This document shows, piece by piece, positions 26,920 to 39,147 of a stretch of 64,000 nucleotides of DNA; within the stretch, counting starts at the first letter, position 1, and each line of letters begins with the position of its first letter. A program made the position numbers and the translations under genes. The notes under the pieces were generated by a model. The model saw only the letters and a program-made list of their open reading frames with translations. It ran no database searches and was not told the DNA's origin. Source of the stretch: Bispira polyomma (Eukaryota); contig OZ287750.1 in assembly GCA_965649765.1 (NCBI GenBank), positions 69,378,001 through 69,442,000 on the forward strand. The letters run 5' to 3'.

Positions 26920-28152
26920 TTATTTACAATTTTGACTCCGGGGTCTTCCTCTATTATTTTGTGGTGGTAGATCAACCATCATTTCATTATCATCCTCACA
27001 ATCTGAGTAAAGAGTATCTTGTTTATTATATTGTTTAATAAGATCATTTGACCCTTTTGAATTTCTATTTCTATTGAGAATTACTTTACTCTGGTTATTT
27101 GTCATTTTGACTGATTCATTTTGTGATTTGGTTGCTTCAGTTTGACATGAAGATGTAACTTTGGTTAAAACTACTTTTGAATCCTTTTCATTTGTTGCTT
27201 GTGGTAATTTTTTGGGACTTTTTAATGTTTCTGGCCAAGTCATATCTGTCTGAGTTTCTTTGGAGCAAAGTGTCACAGATTTTGTTACTTTGGCATATGA
27301 AGTTTTTACATTATTAAATATTGATATTTGTTTCTTGGCTTCTGTATAAGATATACCTCTTTCAGTTTTGATTTTTTTAATTTCTTTTTCTTCTTTCCAT
27401 TTTGGGCAAGTTTTGTCGGTAGCTGAATGATTTCCCTCACAATTAATACACTTGGCATCATTTTCGCATTCATGTATATCTGTATGATTCTCACTACCAC
27501 ATTTTGGGCACACTTCTTTTCTTCTGCATGTAAATTTTGTATGACCAAATTTTTGGCATCTGAAGCACCTCATTGGATTTGGAACAAACACTGACACAGG
27601 CACTCGCAAATAACCCACCCTGATGTATTTTGGTAGAACTTGGCATGCAAAAGTCAATATGAAAGTCCCAGTACGCCTTCTTCTGCCCTCTCGAAAAATC
27701 GTTATTCGGTCCAACTTTACAACACCCTCAGATTGTAAACCTTTTAATATTTCATCATCTGCACATTCTTTAATATCTGGACATCTTATCACTCCTTTCT
27801 TTGTATTCAAAGTATTGTGAGGGGTTACGCTGATTAGTATAGAGTAGTCCATTGTCAAGTCCAATTTTGTTGTTTTCAAAAGTTTGTCACTTTGCTTTTC
27901 TTTATCAACCTCAACTAAAATATTTCCTGATCTTAGTTTTTTTATGTTGATAGGTTCAGTGCCCAAAACAGATAAAATGGCCTTATTAACAGCAAAAGGT
28001 GAAAGTTTCAGTAGGGAATTTTCTGTATCAGAACCTTGCAAAAGTAAAAATCGAGGCCAAGAACAAGCAATACCAGTTTCCAAAGTCATAAATCCTGGGT
28101 CATTCGTGGGTCGAGTCCTTTTCCTTCCATCCGTTTGATTTTGTGATGCCAT
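26920..28152 (-). CDS. LINE ORF1, gag-like nucleic-acid-binding protein
   Basis: Likely ATG at 28152 (MASQNQ...). PRFLL...LSPF...KKLRSGNILVE region and three Zn knuckles (CFRCQKFGHTKFTC, CPKCGSENH...C, CINCEGNHSATDKTC). Open frame. Confidence 0.9.
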   Translation of the reverse strand: MASQNQTDGRKRTRPTNDPGFMTLETGIACSWPRFLLLQGSDTENSLLKLSPFAVNKAILSVLGTEPINIKKLRSGNILVEVDKEKQSDKLLKTTKLDLTMDYSILISVTPHNTLNTKKGVIRCPDIKECADDEILKGLQSEGVVKLDRITIFREGRRRRTGTFILTFACQVLPKYIRVGYLRVPVSVFVPNPMRCFRCQKFGHTKFTCRRKEVCPKCGSENHTDIHECENDAKCINCEGNHSATDKTCPKWKEEKEIKKIKTERGISYTEAKKQISIFNNVKTSYAKVTKSVTLCSKETQTDMTWPETLKSPKKLPQATNEKDSKVVLTKVTSSCQTEATKSQNESVKMTNNQSKVILNRNRNSKGSNDLIKQYNKQDTLYSDCEDDNEMMVDLPPQNNRGRPRSQNCK

Positions 28153-28720
28153 GGTTAAATAGTTAATATTCACTGCCAATGCTCTCCACCCACCCTTCGA
28201 GCCCAACAAGGGGATACTGAATTGTGTGGGGCTATGCCCAGCACACAGGTACCAGAGATACATTGGCAGTATACTCAAAGCCCACTAAAAGTGAACCTCA
28301 ATTGACCTGTTAAGCAGCCACCTTCTAGATACTCCAAACAAAAGCACAAACCAGATACCAGCAGAATAAAACTAACAAAACAACAATATAAACATTCACC
28401 AACAACAAACCATCACTTAATTTGGAGCACCAGGGCTTGGCACTACCAGCCGATTGGTTAAGCCAGGCCATCTTAACCATCCGTCTAAGTGAAATTGAGG
28501 CCAAAGCTGTGTATTGCCTCCTCAATGCCGCAGCAAGGTATCGGCTCAACAACCAGGACCCTCTCTTCCACTGACACGGACCGCAACCCACGGCAAACAG
28601 GTTGCCCCCAATTAGTCGCCTCTTACGACACGCTGGAGGGTACGTTGGGCCTATTCTACTTCCCCGGACCCACAGGGGGAGGATTTAGCCCATAACAAGT
28701 CTTTAGTATTTAACATGTAG

Positions 28721-28873
28721 TTGGTACTCAGTGGCTAAGTGGTTAGCAAGTTTGACATATAATCACAGGCTGTCACATTTGTGTGGGTTTGCCTCCCACC
28801 AGTGACAAATGCTGTGGGCCTATCCCAATATGACCCTGGCTGTTGAACGGGATGTAAAACCCTAAACTTTGAC
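28721..28873 (+). mobile_element. tRNA-derived SINE with I/Nimb-type tail
   Basis: GTGGCTAAGTGGTTAG head, ATATGACCCTGGCTGTTGAACGGGATGTAAAACCC tail, 12-bp TSD TTTAACATGTAG (28709-28720 / 28874-28885). Second copy at 54578-54735. Confidence 0.85.
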
Positions 28874-31589
28874 TTTAACATGTAGAGTAGTTGTCATATT
28901 TTGGCCACGGCTAAGGCGATGACACCTAGAAAAGCAGTAGAGAAAAAAAAACTACACAAGTAAAAACTAAACACGCACAAATAGAACTGGAAACTACACA
29001 CCATAATGATTCTCACTGGCGATAAAGGCTGGAGAGGCAGTACGTTCAGTAAATTCACTGGCCGACCAGTGTACTGTACAGTACTATATAAATATATTAC
29101 AATGGTGATAAAACAATATCTAACTTGCCCAAAAGAATCACATAAAGCACAGCAAATAGAAGCCATTTCCCAAGACAAATAATAAAGTACCTCCGGTAAA
29201 AAGAATGCAACACATTATGCCCATAAAAACATCATTAATAATATAAGATATATTTAGCAGAAAAGCTTGCTCCACAAAACATCGACAGGCGGTAACGTCC
29301 AACCAGAACAAATCATGCGATACCATGTAGCAATCACAACACCCATCCGGGATAATTAAATCTACTTTCACCAATAAACAATTTGACAACAGCTTGTCAA
29401 TCAACACCAAAAAAGCCCAACAGTTGGTTATTTGCAACATCAAAAACATTACTCCTTGTCAAATACTTACGTCCTTCTGTTCCCAAGACTAAACTAACAC
29501 TGACAATCTATATAAACATTCCCAACAGACAGTGAAGTGAGAAACCGCGAGCATGTTCAGTGAAGCCTGACCAAAGCCATATTATATTAAAGACATAATA
29601 ACCTCTTATAAAACACCTGGACTCATATTCTCGTATACGTATACTCAGCTCAAACTCATTTGTAACTCAAATCTGGATTTTCTATAACTCTGGATACAAT
29701 AAAAATATCCACAATCCTAGTTCTTATTTGAATGCAGTGTGAAAAGCACTGTTAAATGATTGGTGTGTAGGTTATTTCCAGGTTCAACGATTTCTTCATA
29801 GCCTGTATATTTGAGTTGAGTACGAGTTTAAGAATGAGTGTATTTCAGGTAAAATTCATGAAGGTCTCTTGTAGAATACTTTAGACATTTAATTACAAAG
29901 TCAGATTTATTTTAATACGTTCAAGATGAATAAAAAGTCTTGAACAATAACAAATCACTTAGATGAAGTCATTGCGTTTTTAGAATTTCTGTGTCAAAAT
30001 TCGTTGAGAGCCCCTACATTGAACAAATGTATTGCAGCATTTTGTATTACAGATATTATTCAAAACTTTAGGATCAAACTACAAGTACAAAGCATTTTGT
30101 TAAAATTTTTAATCTGAGACCTTCCAAGGTGAGCGTTGGCTGGAGCCCGGGGGCCATTATGTTGGATAACGGGTCTAAGGTGAACTCTTTAGGGGGTGTT
30201 GATTTATTGATATTATTCATGAAGATATATTGCTTGTTTTATCGTGATTAATGGTTAACATTATTTTATACACAACTAGAATGCACACAACTATAGAACT
30301 CTATACAATTTCACAAACTCTGTGACTGCTGTAATGACATCAAACCTTCCTTTCTCCCCCTTATATGGGCAGCATCATATTGTGAGGTTATTGAATTTCA
30401 CGATGTGTCCCTGTCAGACATGGCCACACCTCCTCTTGGTCCACAAACCCACAGGACGAGGAGGGACAGTAGTGTGTATATGACAATGTTCAGATTATTG
30501 ACTGGACGTTATGTTGTAGTTATTGTTATCTCGGAGGGCGGAGCCATAATGTACCAATTACGTATTAAGAAGATGTTTTTGGTCTGTAGACAGCACTTTC
30601 TGCCAGTTTCGTCCATTAATTTAAGTCTGTTTTTTGGCAGTTATATGTGGTTGGTACTGAAGACGAGTCAGAAGCCTTATTATATCTATTTATTTTTTTA
30701 TTTTGTTTGTAAAATAAGATTTAACCTTTGACCTCCCAATTACTGCATATTTTGTTATGTCAATTTTTCGTGGGGCCAGTCAGATTCGTAGATTTCAATA
30801 GGTATATATATATATGTGACAAAGACTAGGGTTTGCGATATATACGATATATATACACCCATACTGACAGGAAAATCTATTTCTTCTAATTTTGATTCTA
30901 ACTTGCGAGAATGCACGCCTTTTAACTTTGGTTTCGACTGCTAGACGGCGCCACACTACAGTCTTTTTTATTTTTAAGTATTAAGATACTCGGTACTAGC
31001 ATTTCTCGCCATTTTTTGTGTTGACGTCATCACTTTTCGTATATTTTGTTTGACACGAGTGGCTTGCAAATCGCTTATGTTCTCATCACTTTTGGGGCAT
31101 TTCGGTTGGGTACTCGGCTTTCAAAACTTCCTATCTTCCCAGAATATATTTTATTAACACACGAGTTGACGCAAAGTCTGCGAACTCCTATTTTCGCCTA
31201 CATTCTCATCATATTTGGGGCGTTTTATGGGGGTACTCGGCTTTCAGAACTTCCTTCCTCACTATAATATCTTTTATTTAACACACGAGGCGAGGTTTTG
31301 TCTAAAACGCCATCCGGTAGTGAGCGACATTAAAAGATTTATAGTGAAAATAATGTAACGATACGTACTTGCTTTTAAATTTCGTATCGCAATTTATTGC
31401 TTTTAGAAACTATATTGGGATATCTGAAGAAGTCTAGTATTTCCCCCTCCTGTCTGTTATAAATCGGCCACCATACAATAAATGTCTTATTACTTCAAAT
31501 TAATTTAATGTATTGGCCTAACAACATTGTACTTCCTTAAATATTATTATTGTAATTGTTTTACTTGAATCCTGGCATTGGAGGGTATC

Positions 31590-32110
31590 AGAACAGCTTC
31601 CTTTTGTGCCAACGTCAACCTACAGGAACGTGTAGTTGGCATCCACTGATCCCATCAGCACAATCGAGTGAAATTCCCCTTGTAATTATAGTACAATGAT
31701 CCACCATTCTTGGGGCACTGTTATATGTTGGCCATCAATTAACCAAAGGGTATGGGGATAATTCAACCAAGAGGCAAACTCTACTGACACAACTTTTCAT
31801 TCGGCCGAGGTCTGCAGGCATTTTCAGAATTTGTCACATTACTCTTCATATATAGCATTGCATACATCCTTCATACTCTTGGAGATGGTATTTAATGGTC
31901 AGTGTGCAGGCAGGGTCAATTGACCGGCATTTGAATTTGGATTCTTATACAATGCTGTAACTGAGTTACAAGCTCCTGGAACATTGCCAGCTTAAGCTGC
32001 ACAAACCATTTGAAGGCGGTCTGGTCCTCTCACTCCAACTCAAAGCTCATATTGACATATTGGGGTCTTCACAACAGCCAGCCTCGAACCCAAACAGTCC
32101 TGGCCATCTT
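31590..32110 (-). pseudogene. PIF/Harbinger transposase remnant (element A)
   Basis: Across stops and frameshifts: RTVWVRGWLL.RPQY, IDGQHI, GSLYYNYKG.HSIVLM..VDANY.F..VDVG..GS.SD (HARBI1-type DDE). Confidence 0.85.
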
Positions 32111-33071
32111 ATGCAGTATGTTGCATACCACAGCCTTATGGCATAGTTTAAGTTTAGAGTTATGGCGACCCATAGATCCATTAAGCCCCATTTGTTCAGC
32201 TATTACTTATTTATTGTGTCTCTATCATTGGATAAGAATAAACTATATCTGAGGAGTTTTTGTGGTCCTTTTATGGTGATCTATGTAGATTTATTGTCCT
32301 TAATTATCCTTAATTCCATCTGTGTCAGGATCCCCCAGTAATGGCCGCCTCCTGCAGGTCACAAAAACATCCCGGAATGAAAGCGGTAAAAAATTTAATC
32401 CGAAATCCTGAGTAAACCTAGATCTCCATAGCCATTGCGGAAATTTAGAAAAAACTTAAATTTCTGCAATACTTGTGGCACAGCAGAGGGTCATATGCAG
32501 TCACAAGCAATATACATTCTCCAAATGCACAAGCAAGGTGTATATCGCTTACTTACATTTACAAAAGGCGAGCATTGTAATCCTTATGCAAACATTGGTG
32601 GTAAAATATTTGTTTTGTGTCACAGGTCTTCCCAATTTACTAATGTTGTTGTTCAATCTTTATCATTACAGATGGGGAAGCCATCACAGACCTCACAGGA
32701 GATCAATATCTCTGATCTAGGGCCAGTCTTCTCGTCCATCTGGCTTGGGGAAGGGGACGACACTCTGCAGTCATCACAGGCGGGCAGTGTGGCAGAGCCC
32801 GATCCCAAGTCTTCATACTGGGCCCCAGCAGCAAGTCGGGTGACCAATTCATTGGGAAGGATGGGCTGTTTCAGACCATAAAGGAGGGCGGCCAAAGCTG
32901 CCAGGAGAACCGAGAGCTCCAGCTAAAGGTTCATAGGGGCCCAGTTATAGCAACAGAAGAAGAAGCAGGAAAAGGTGGAGGATGCCATCTCACACTGGGG
33001 GCAGTGGCTCACGAGAAGCAGTCACAAGAACATACCCTGGACCTCTGGATTTCCTTTGAAGAGTCCATCAT

Positions 33072-33958
33072 TGTTGGTGAGAGTTTTGATTGTTTGTGGA
33101 AGCGTGCTGGTTTTTATTTTAACTGCAGAGGTAGTCCACAACAAAAAGACTATAATAAAACAAAACACTGGATTTAACGAATTTCACTATATTAAATCAT
33201 TTAAAAATCAATATATGAATTGATATACAATAATGTCTGATCCACACCATTTTACTTATCAATTCAGAAGTATTCACTTTATGATATCTGTTGTACTATT
33301 CAATTCTATATCTCAACTTGTTCTTTCAAGCTCTATCTTTACTATTTCTGTCTATCTATACTATTTCTATAAGTCAATTCTGTTAAACTATAAGACTGTT
33401 GACTTCTATTTGTCAACTTCTCTGTCCAACTCTATCAGGTCATTATCTGTCAAACTATACTTTGCAACTGTCAAACTATAAGACTGTTGACTTCTATTTG
33501 CCAACTTCTCTGTCCAACTCTATCAGGTCACTATCTCTGTCAAACTATACTTTGCAACTCTTTTAAACTATAAGACTGTTGACTTCTATTTGCCAACTTC
33601 TCTGTCCAACTCTATCAGGTCACTATCTCTGTCAAACTATACTTTGCAACTCTTTTAAACTATAAGACTGTTGACTTCTATTTGTCAACATCTCTGTCCA
33701 ACTCTATCAGGTCACTATCTCTGTCAAACTATACTTTGCAACTCTTTTAAACTATAAGACTGTTGACTTCTATTTGTCAACATCTCTGTCCAACTCTATC
33801 AGGTCACTATGTTTGTCAAACTATACTTTGCAACTGTTAAACTATAAGACTGTTGACTTCTATTTGTCAACATCTCTGTCCAACTCTATCAGGTCACTTC
33901 TGATAATTTTTAACTTATGATTTATTGTTTAATTTTAATAACTGATATATTAATTATC
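33072..33958 (-). repeat. 3' LTR (internal ~300-bp deletion; PPT not seen)
   Basis: Matches 39148 onward. About 5.7 units of the ~90-bp array, then jumps to the segment matching 40209-40267. Confidence 0.9.
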
Positions 33959-34104
33959 CATTTTTAACAATGTTTACACTTTAGTTCAAATCTGTACTTA
34001 AAATCTCTGTTACTTTTCATAGTGATATACAAATAAAAAAACAACAAAAAAACATTCACAATTATACATATAAAATTAAAAGTTGTACATGTAAAATTAA
34101 AAGT

Positions 34105-37100
34105 CTTCAGATAGTTCCATAGGGCACAATCTTGTCACTGGTCTTTTAATTGTCTTTTGTCCCACCAATGCTTGTACTAGTCGTACATGTCCATCTCTTC
34201 CTTTAAAAACTTCTGTAACCCTGCCAGTGCCCCTTGGGTGTGTCTGGATCTAATATCATAACAATATCATCCACTTGTATGTCACGTTTTTCTTTAAACC
34301 ACTTTTTCCTGGCATTAAGCATTGGTAACCATTCTGTATCCAGCGTTTTCAGAAGTGGCTAACCAATTCTTGCACCCACCTCTAACGTTGGACTGTTCTA
34401 TATTCCTCAGAATCTGTAGTGGATGGCAGATACTGCCCACCAGATTGGCCGAATAAAAAGTGGTTTGGGGTGAGAGGCACATCATTATTTGGATCAGCTG
34501 ATTGGTACGTCAGTGGTCTTGAATTGACCAGTGCTTCTGCACCTGTGAAAGCTGTCACAAGCTCTTCGTCTGTGATGTCTCCATTACTCAGTATAGCTGT
34601 GGCTGTTCTTTTGGCTGCTTTGATCAAAACTTCATGGACACCACCAAAGTGAGGGGCTAGTGGTGGGTTGAAGTGCCACTTCACACCTCTGTTGGCAGCT
34701 GAATGTATTACAGCATCAGTGTCTAGAACTTTGACCAGTTCACTAAGCTCTTTATTGGCACGTACAAAATTTGAGCCATTATCTGAATAGAACTCCTCTG
34801 GCAACCCTCTTCTGTTGACCATCCTATAAAATGCATTAAGAAAGGCATTTGTATCCAGAGAATATGCCATCTCGAGGTGTACTGCTCTGGTCAGTAAACA
34901 GGTAAACAAACACAAGTAGCGTTTTTGACGTCTCTTCCCTCTGCCCTGTACAGTGATGAAAGGACCAGCATAATCTACAGCTACTCTTATGAATGCACAC
35001 AGAGGTTCTGGATAAGCTTCCCTCTGTGTGAAGGCCAGAATGTTATGTTCAGCGTCCTCTATTTCTATCACTGTCGATGGACCACATTGTCTTTTCTCTT
35101 TGTTTGTTTGGCAATTGCTGATAAATCTCATAACATATGAAAAGACTCTTTGATACCGTCTCTAGCTAGAGAAGTTTGAAGCTTGTAATCTATCTGTTAG
35201 TTTGGACACAGCATTTACTGCAGTGTAGGTGTAGGACAGTCTTTCTCCCTTAACGTTTGACTTCTTTTCACAATTTTGTACAGTCATAGGCACCGTTGTT
35301 TCAGGCCAGGCAAACTCAAACTGTTTTAGAAAGGCTGGTCCTTCCCACCATTTTTGACAACTTGATAATTCAGTGAGTTTCAATCCTCGTGTCACATGAT
35401 CTGCTTGATTTTCTTAAGTGGGTACATAGCGCCACTGGGAGGGATTTGTCGATGTTTGTATTTCTGCCACTCGATTAGCTACAAATAGTTTAAACTGCCG
35501 GCTATGACCACGAATCCACCAGAGTAAATTTGAGCTGTCTGTCCAGAATGTCACCTTTTCCATATCTATTTCCAGAGCATCTAGTATTGACTGTGTCAAC
35601 TTCAATCCCAGAATTGCTCCCATGAGCTCTAATCGTGGTATGCTGTGGCCAATGGGGCTACTTTGCTCTTTGAAGATACAAGACGACTGGTTATGACACT
35701 ATCAGGATATACACAACGCATATACACAGCTGCTCCATATGCTTTCTGTGATGCATCAACAAATGTATGAATAGATACTGCAACTGCTCTCCCAAGACGT
35801 AAGCTCCTGGGCACTGAGACTTTGTCAATATCACCTAACTCAAAACACCATTGCTGTACTCTGTCATGAATTGTTGACTGCATTTGCTCATCCCAACCAA
35901 TACCTGCTAGCCAGAGATCTTGCATGAGCATTTTTCCCTTGACTGTGAATGCAGTTAAAAAGCCAAGTGGATCGAAAACTGAAGCTAGTTTACTGAGGAA
36001 TCCACGTTTTGTGAACTTGATTAATCTTGTCTCTTCTGGCTTTTGGAATGTGAGAATGTCATCTTTTGCTTGCCATTTGACTCTGAGTGCTGTGACTGTT
36101 GGGGGACCCTCGGTAATCTCAAATTCTTTTGCTCGATCTACTTGTGGAATGTCTTCTAGGATTTCCATTGAATTGGACAGCCATTTTCGGGCCTTCATAC
36201 CACAAAGATTCCACAATCGCTTTAATTCTTCGTAGGCCTGTCTGGCTTCTTTTACAGTCTCAAAGGAGGTCAAACTGTCATCTATGTAGGTACTCTTAAG
36301 TACAGTTTCTGCTGCTTTGGGTAACTCTGTTTGCAGGCTGCGAGCATGCTGTTGAATGACAAACTGTGCCAGAAATGGTGATGCATTTACACCGAAGACA
36401 AGACTTGAGAATTTGTAGATGTCGGGAGTTCGGGACTGGTTTAAGTCTCGCCATAAAAAACGATGATATGCCTATCCTGTTGATATATTTTTATCTGCAA
36501 GTACATCTCGAGAGATGTCACTGGCCAATGCAATCGGTTTATTTCTGAAACGTAGAAGCACTTTGAACAAATCATTTTGTAATTTTGGACCTTGGTGAAT
36601 TGTTTCATTGAGACACATGTTGTTCCTGTCCTTTGCTGATGCATCAAACACAATTCGTGTTTTGGTGGTGTCCTTGTCCATCCTAACTGCAGGAAAGTGA
36701 GGTAAATAATAACTGGCATCTTGGCTTTGGGGATTGGTAACCTTTCTCACATAACCGTTCTCTTGATATTTTGTGATGGTATCTTGATAAGCCGCTGCAA
36801 TCACAGGGTTCTTTTTCAACTTGGAATCTGTGTTGGCAAGCCTTTGAAGGGCCATGCCGTGGTTGGCCATCAGAAGTTCTCTTGCTTCTGCCTTCCATGG
36901 AATGGCCACGGTATATGGACCATTTTTCTTCATGATTAACTTCCCAGTGGTTTCTACAACAGTTATGTCATCTGAGACTTTGTCAATATCACCTAACTCA
37001 AAACACCATTGCTGTACTCTGTCATGAATTGTTGACTGCATTTGCTCATCCCAACCAATACCTGCTAGCCAGAAATCTTGCATGAGCCTTTTTCCCTTGA

Positions 37101-39035
37101 CTGTCAAGGGAAAGTGATGTCATCTGGGTTCATGATTCTACTATTATTTGGGGTGACCTCTTCAATTTGCCAAAATCTCTCTGTAATTTTGTCCAGTCTG
37201 TCAGTAAAATAGGTTCTGGCAAAGTGTGTGTTCAATTTTACACTACTGCCTCCTATGCATGTCCACTATAAGGGGGTCAGCCTGGCCAATGGTTGCCCTG
37301 GTTGACCTCGAATATCCTTCAGTGAGTAATGCAGGTTTGCATAATCAATGCCAATAAGAATATCAACTGTTTGCTTTGGTGTATTATGAAACATGATCCC
37401 CTGTAGATGTGGCCACTTGTCAGCATGCTTGGCCCAGTCCACTACTTGCATGTCACCGGTAACCTTATTTACTGTGTAGGCGCTCATCGGTTGGCAATGT
37501 TTTCCATCATGACTCTCGATTATAAAGTCAACGGGCATTGTTTCAAAGACCTCTGTCCCGCCATTTAACAGGTCCACTGTCACCTTCTGCTGTCTTCCCC
37601 TAAGGCCTAGCTCTTCAGCTACGTGTGCATTTAGATAAGTCTGGATGCTTCCATCATCTAGCAAAGCATTGACACTGACCTTTTTGTTCCCATTTCTTAA
37701 AACAATGGGCACGGTGCGTAATGCCACACTATCAATTCGGGTGTGATTTGTGGCAAACGAGGTGCGATGATCCCCCTCCATGGGTCGTTGTACCGTATTA
37801 CATGCAAACTTCACAGTAGGCTGTGACCTGTGCAGGAGACGGTTATGGTTTTTCTGACAACCATCGATTCCACAAATCCGAGTTCTATCACAAGATTTGC
37901 CGGAATGGCCATCCCCTAGACATCTGAAACACAAGCCGTATTGTTTTGCCATGTCCCATCTTCTATCAACATTTGCCTGTTTAAATTTTCCACAGGCCCA
38001 GGCTCCGTGGGTTTCCTTGCAAATTTTACACAGGCGATTTTTCTGTTTTGTTTCTGTGAAGAAAGATTTCTGTCCTGTTCGGTGATTGACTGGGATTACT
38101 CCATTAGGGGTCTCTGAAGCAATTGTTTGGGACTCTGATTCTTGTACAACAAACTCTCTGAGAGTGAGCACCGACTCTGTTTTCCACAACCCACCTTTGA
38201 TACTGTGTCATGAGTTGTGTGTTAAGCTTTTTTAACAGCTCACTGTACATAAAACCGTCCTTAAGTTCATCATTTTTGTCTCAAGTTGACCACTGTCAGG
38301 TCCAATATATCCGCAAAGATCTCCATATCTCTGGAGTTGTTTGGTCTTATCGGGGGTATGCTTGCCAGCTCTTCTAATCTCAATGCAACTTTTCGTCTTT
38401 GTCCTCCAAACTTCCTCTCTAGCCTTTCCTTAGCAACCACATATGCTTCAGCTGAGTGACCTAGAGATTCAACAGCCTTCAAAGCTTCACCGGTTAGGCT
38501 CTGCCTCAGTTGCAAAAGTTTGTATTCTGGTGTAGCTGGCGCCTGTACATCAATAGAAGCTGCTCTTGTCCCCACCAAACACTGGGATGGAAACATGAGA
38601 AAGCTGTTTCCACATGTCCTGACCAAGTTTTGGACTGACCACTTCTGTTGGACTGCTTTTGCTGGTCTTAGGAGCTACTTCGAGAGTGGAGGTAAATAAC
38701 TGTGCTTTGGAATACTCCTCTTCAAAAACAGACAATTCATCAAGCAGTACATTAGCTTGTGTCTTGTCTTTACTATCATACTCTTTAATTAAATCACACA
38801 TTACCTCAATTACATTTTGTGCCAGTTCATCAAGTCTTTGCTTGGAAGTGCAGATGTCATCTTGTGAAGCTTTACTGTTAATCAGCTGAATTGTCTTGTT
38901 CTTTTGCCATGTGAAGCCAGCCTTTGCCCTCGATTTTGACATTTTAAGTGCTCTAATGGTATCCTCAAAGACTTCATCCCTGTCTTGATTCTGCTTTTCT
39001 GCTACTACACTGCTATCTGTATTTTCTGTCGTCAT
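34105..39035 (-). pseudogene. Pao gag-pol polyprotein, many stops, frameshifts and deletions
   Basis: Gag knuckles CKICKETHGAWAC / CFRCLGDGHSGKSC / CGIDGCQKNH; protease LLDDGS; RT YIDD; RNase H FVDASQKAYGA; integrase [21 protein letters not shown]; terminal KRPVTRLCPME. Confidence 0.92.
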
Positions 39036-39121
39036 TTTCCAAATTTATCCAATGCTGTATTTACTCCTGTGACAATATTTGTTTTAACTCAAAACAATTC
39101 ACACTGTTAGTCTCTTTGTTT

Positions 39122-39139
39122 AACCACGCTCTGCTACCA
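39122..39139 (-). promoter_or_regulatory. Primer binding site complementary to the tRNA-iMet 3' end
   Basis: Minus strand TGGTAGCAGAGCGTGGTT, 8 nt from the LTR edge. Confidence 0.9.
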
Positions 39140-39147
39140 GAAAGTAA

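Larger units (their letters stand above)
23000..28680 (-). mobile_element. Near full-length I-group (I/Nimb-like) non-LTR retrotransposon
   Basis: GC-rich 5' UTR, gag-like ORF1, ORF2 with APE-RT-RNase H-CCHC. 3' boundary and TSD not identified, so the start coordinate is approximate. Confidence 0.9.

Noticed and set aside
28890-31420. Several probable repeat fragments (28890-29580, 29610-29850, 30825-31400 with two ~125-bp units)
   Set aside because: Could not define ends, TSDs or family with confidence.
31461-31480. AAATCGGCCACCA, resembling a histone stem-loop collapsed between its GGCC repeats near Harbinger A
   Set aside because: Too short, and on the strand opposite to the transposase; could be chance.
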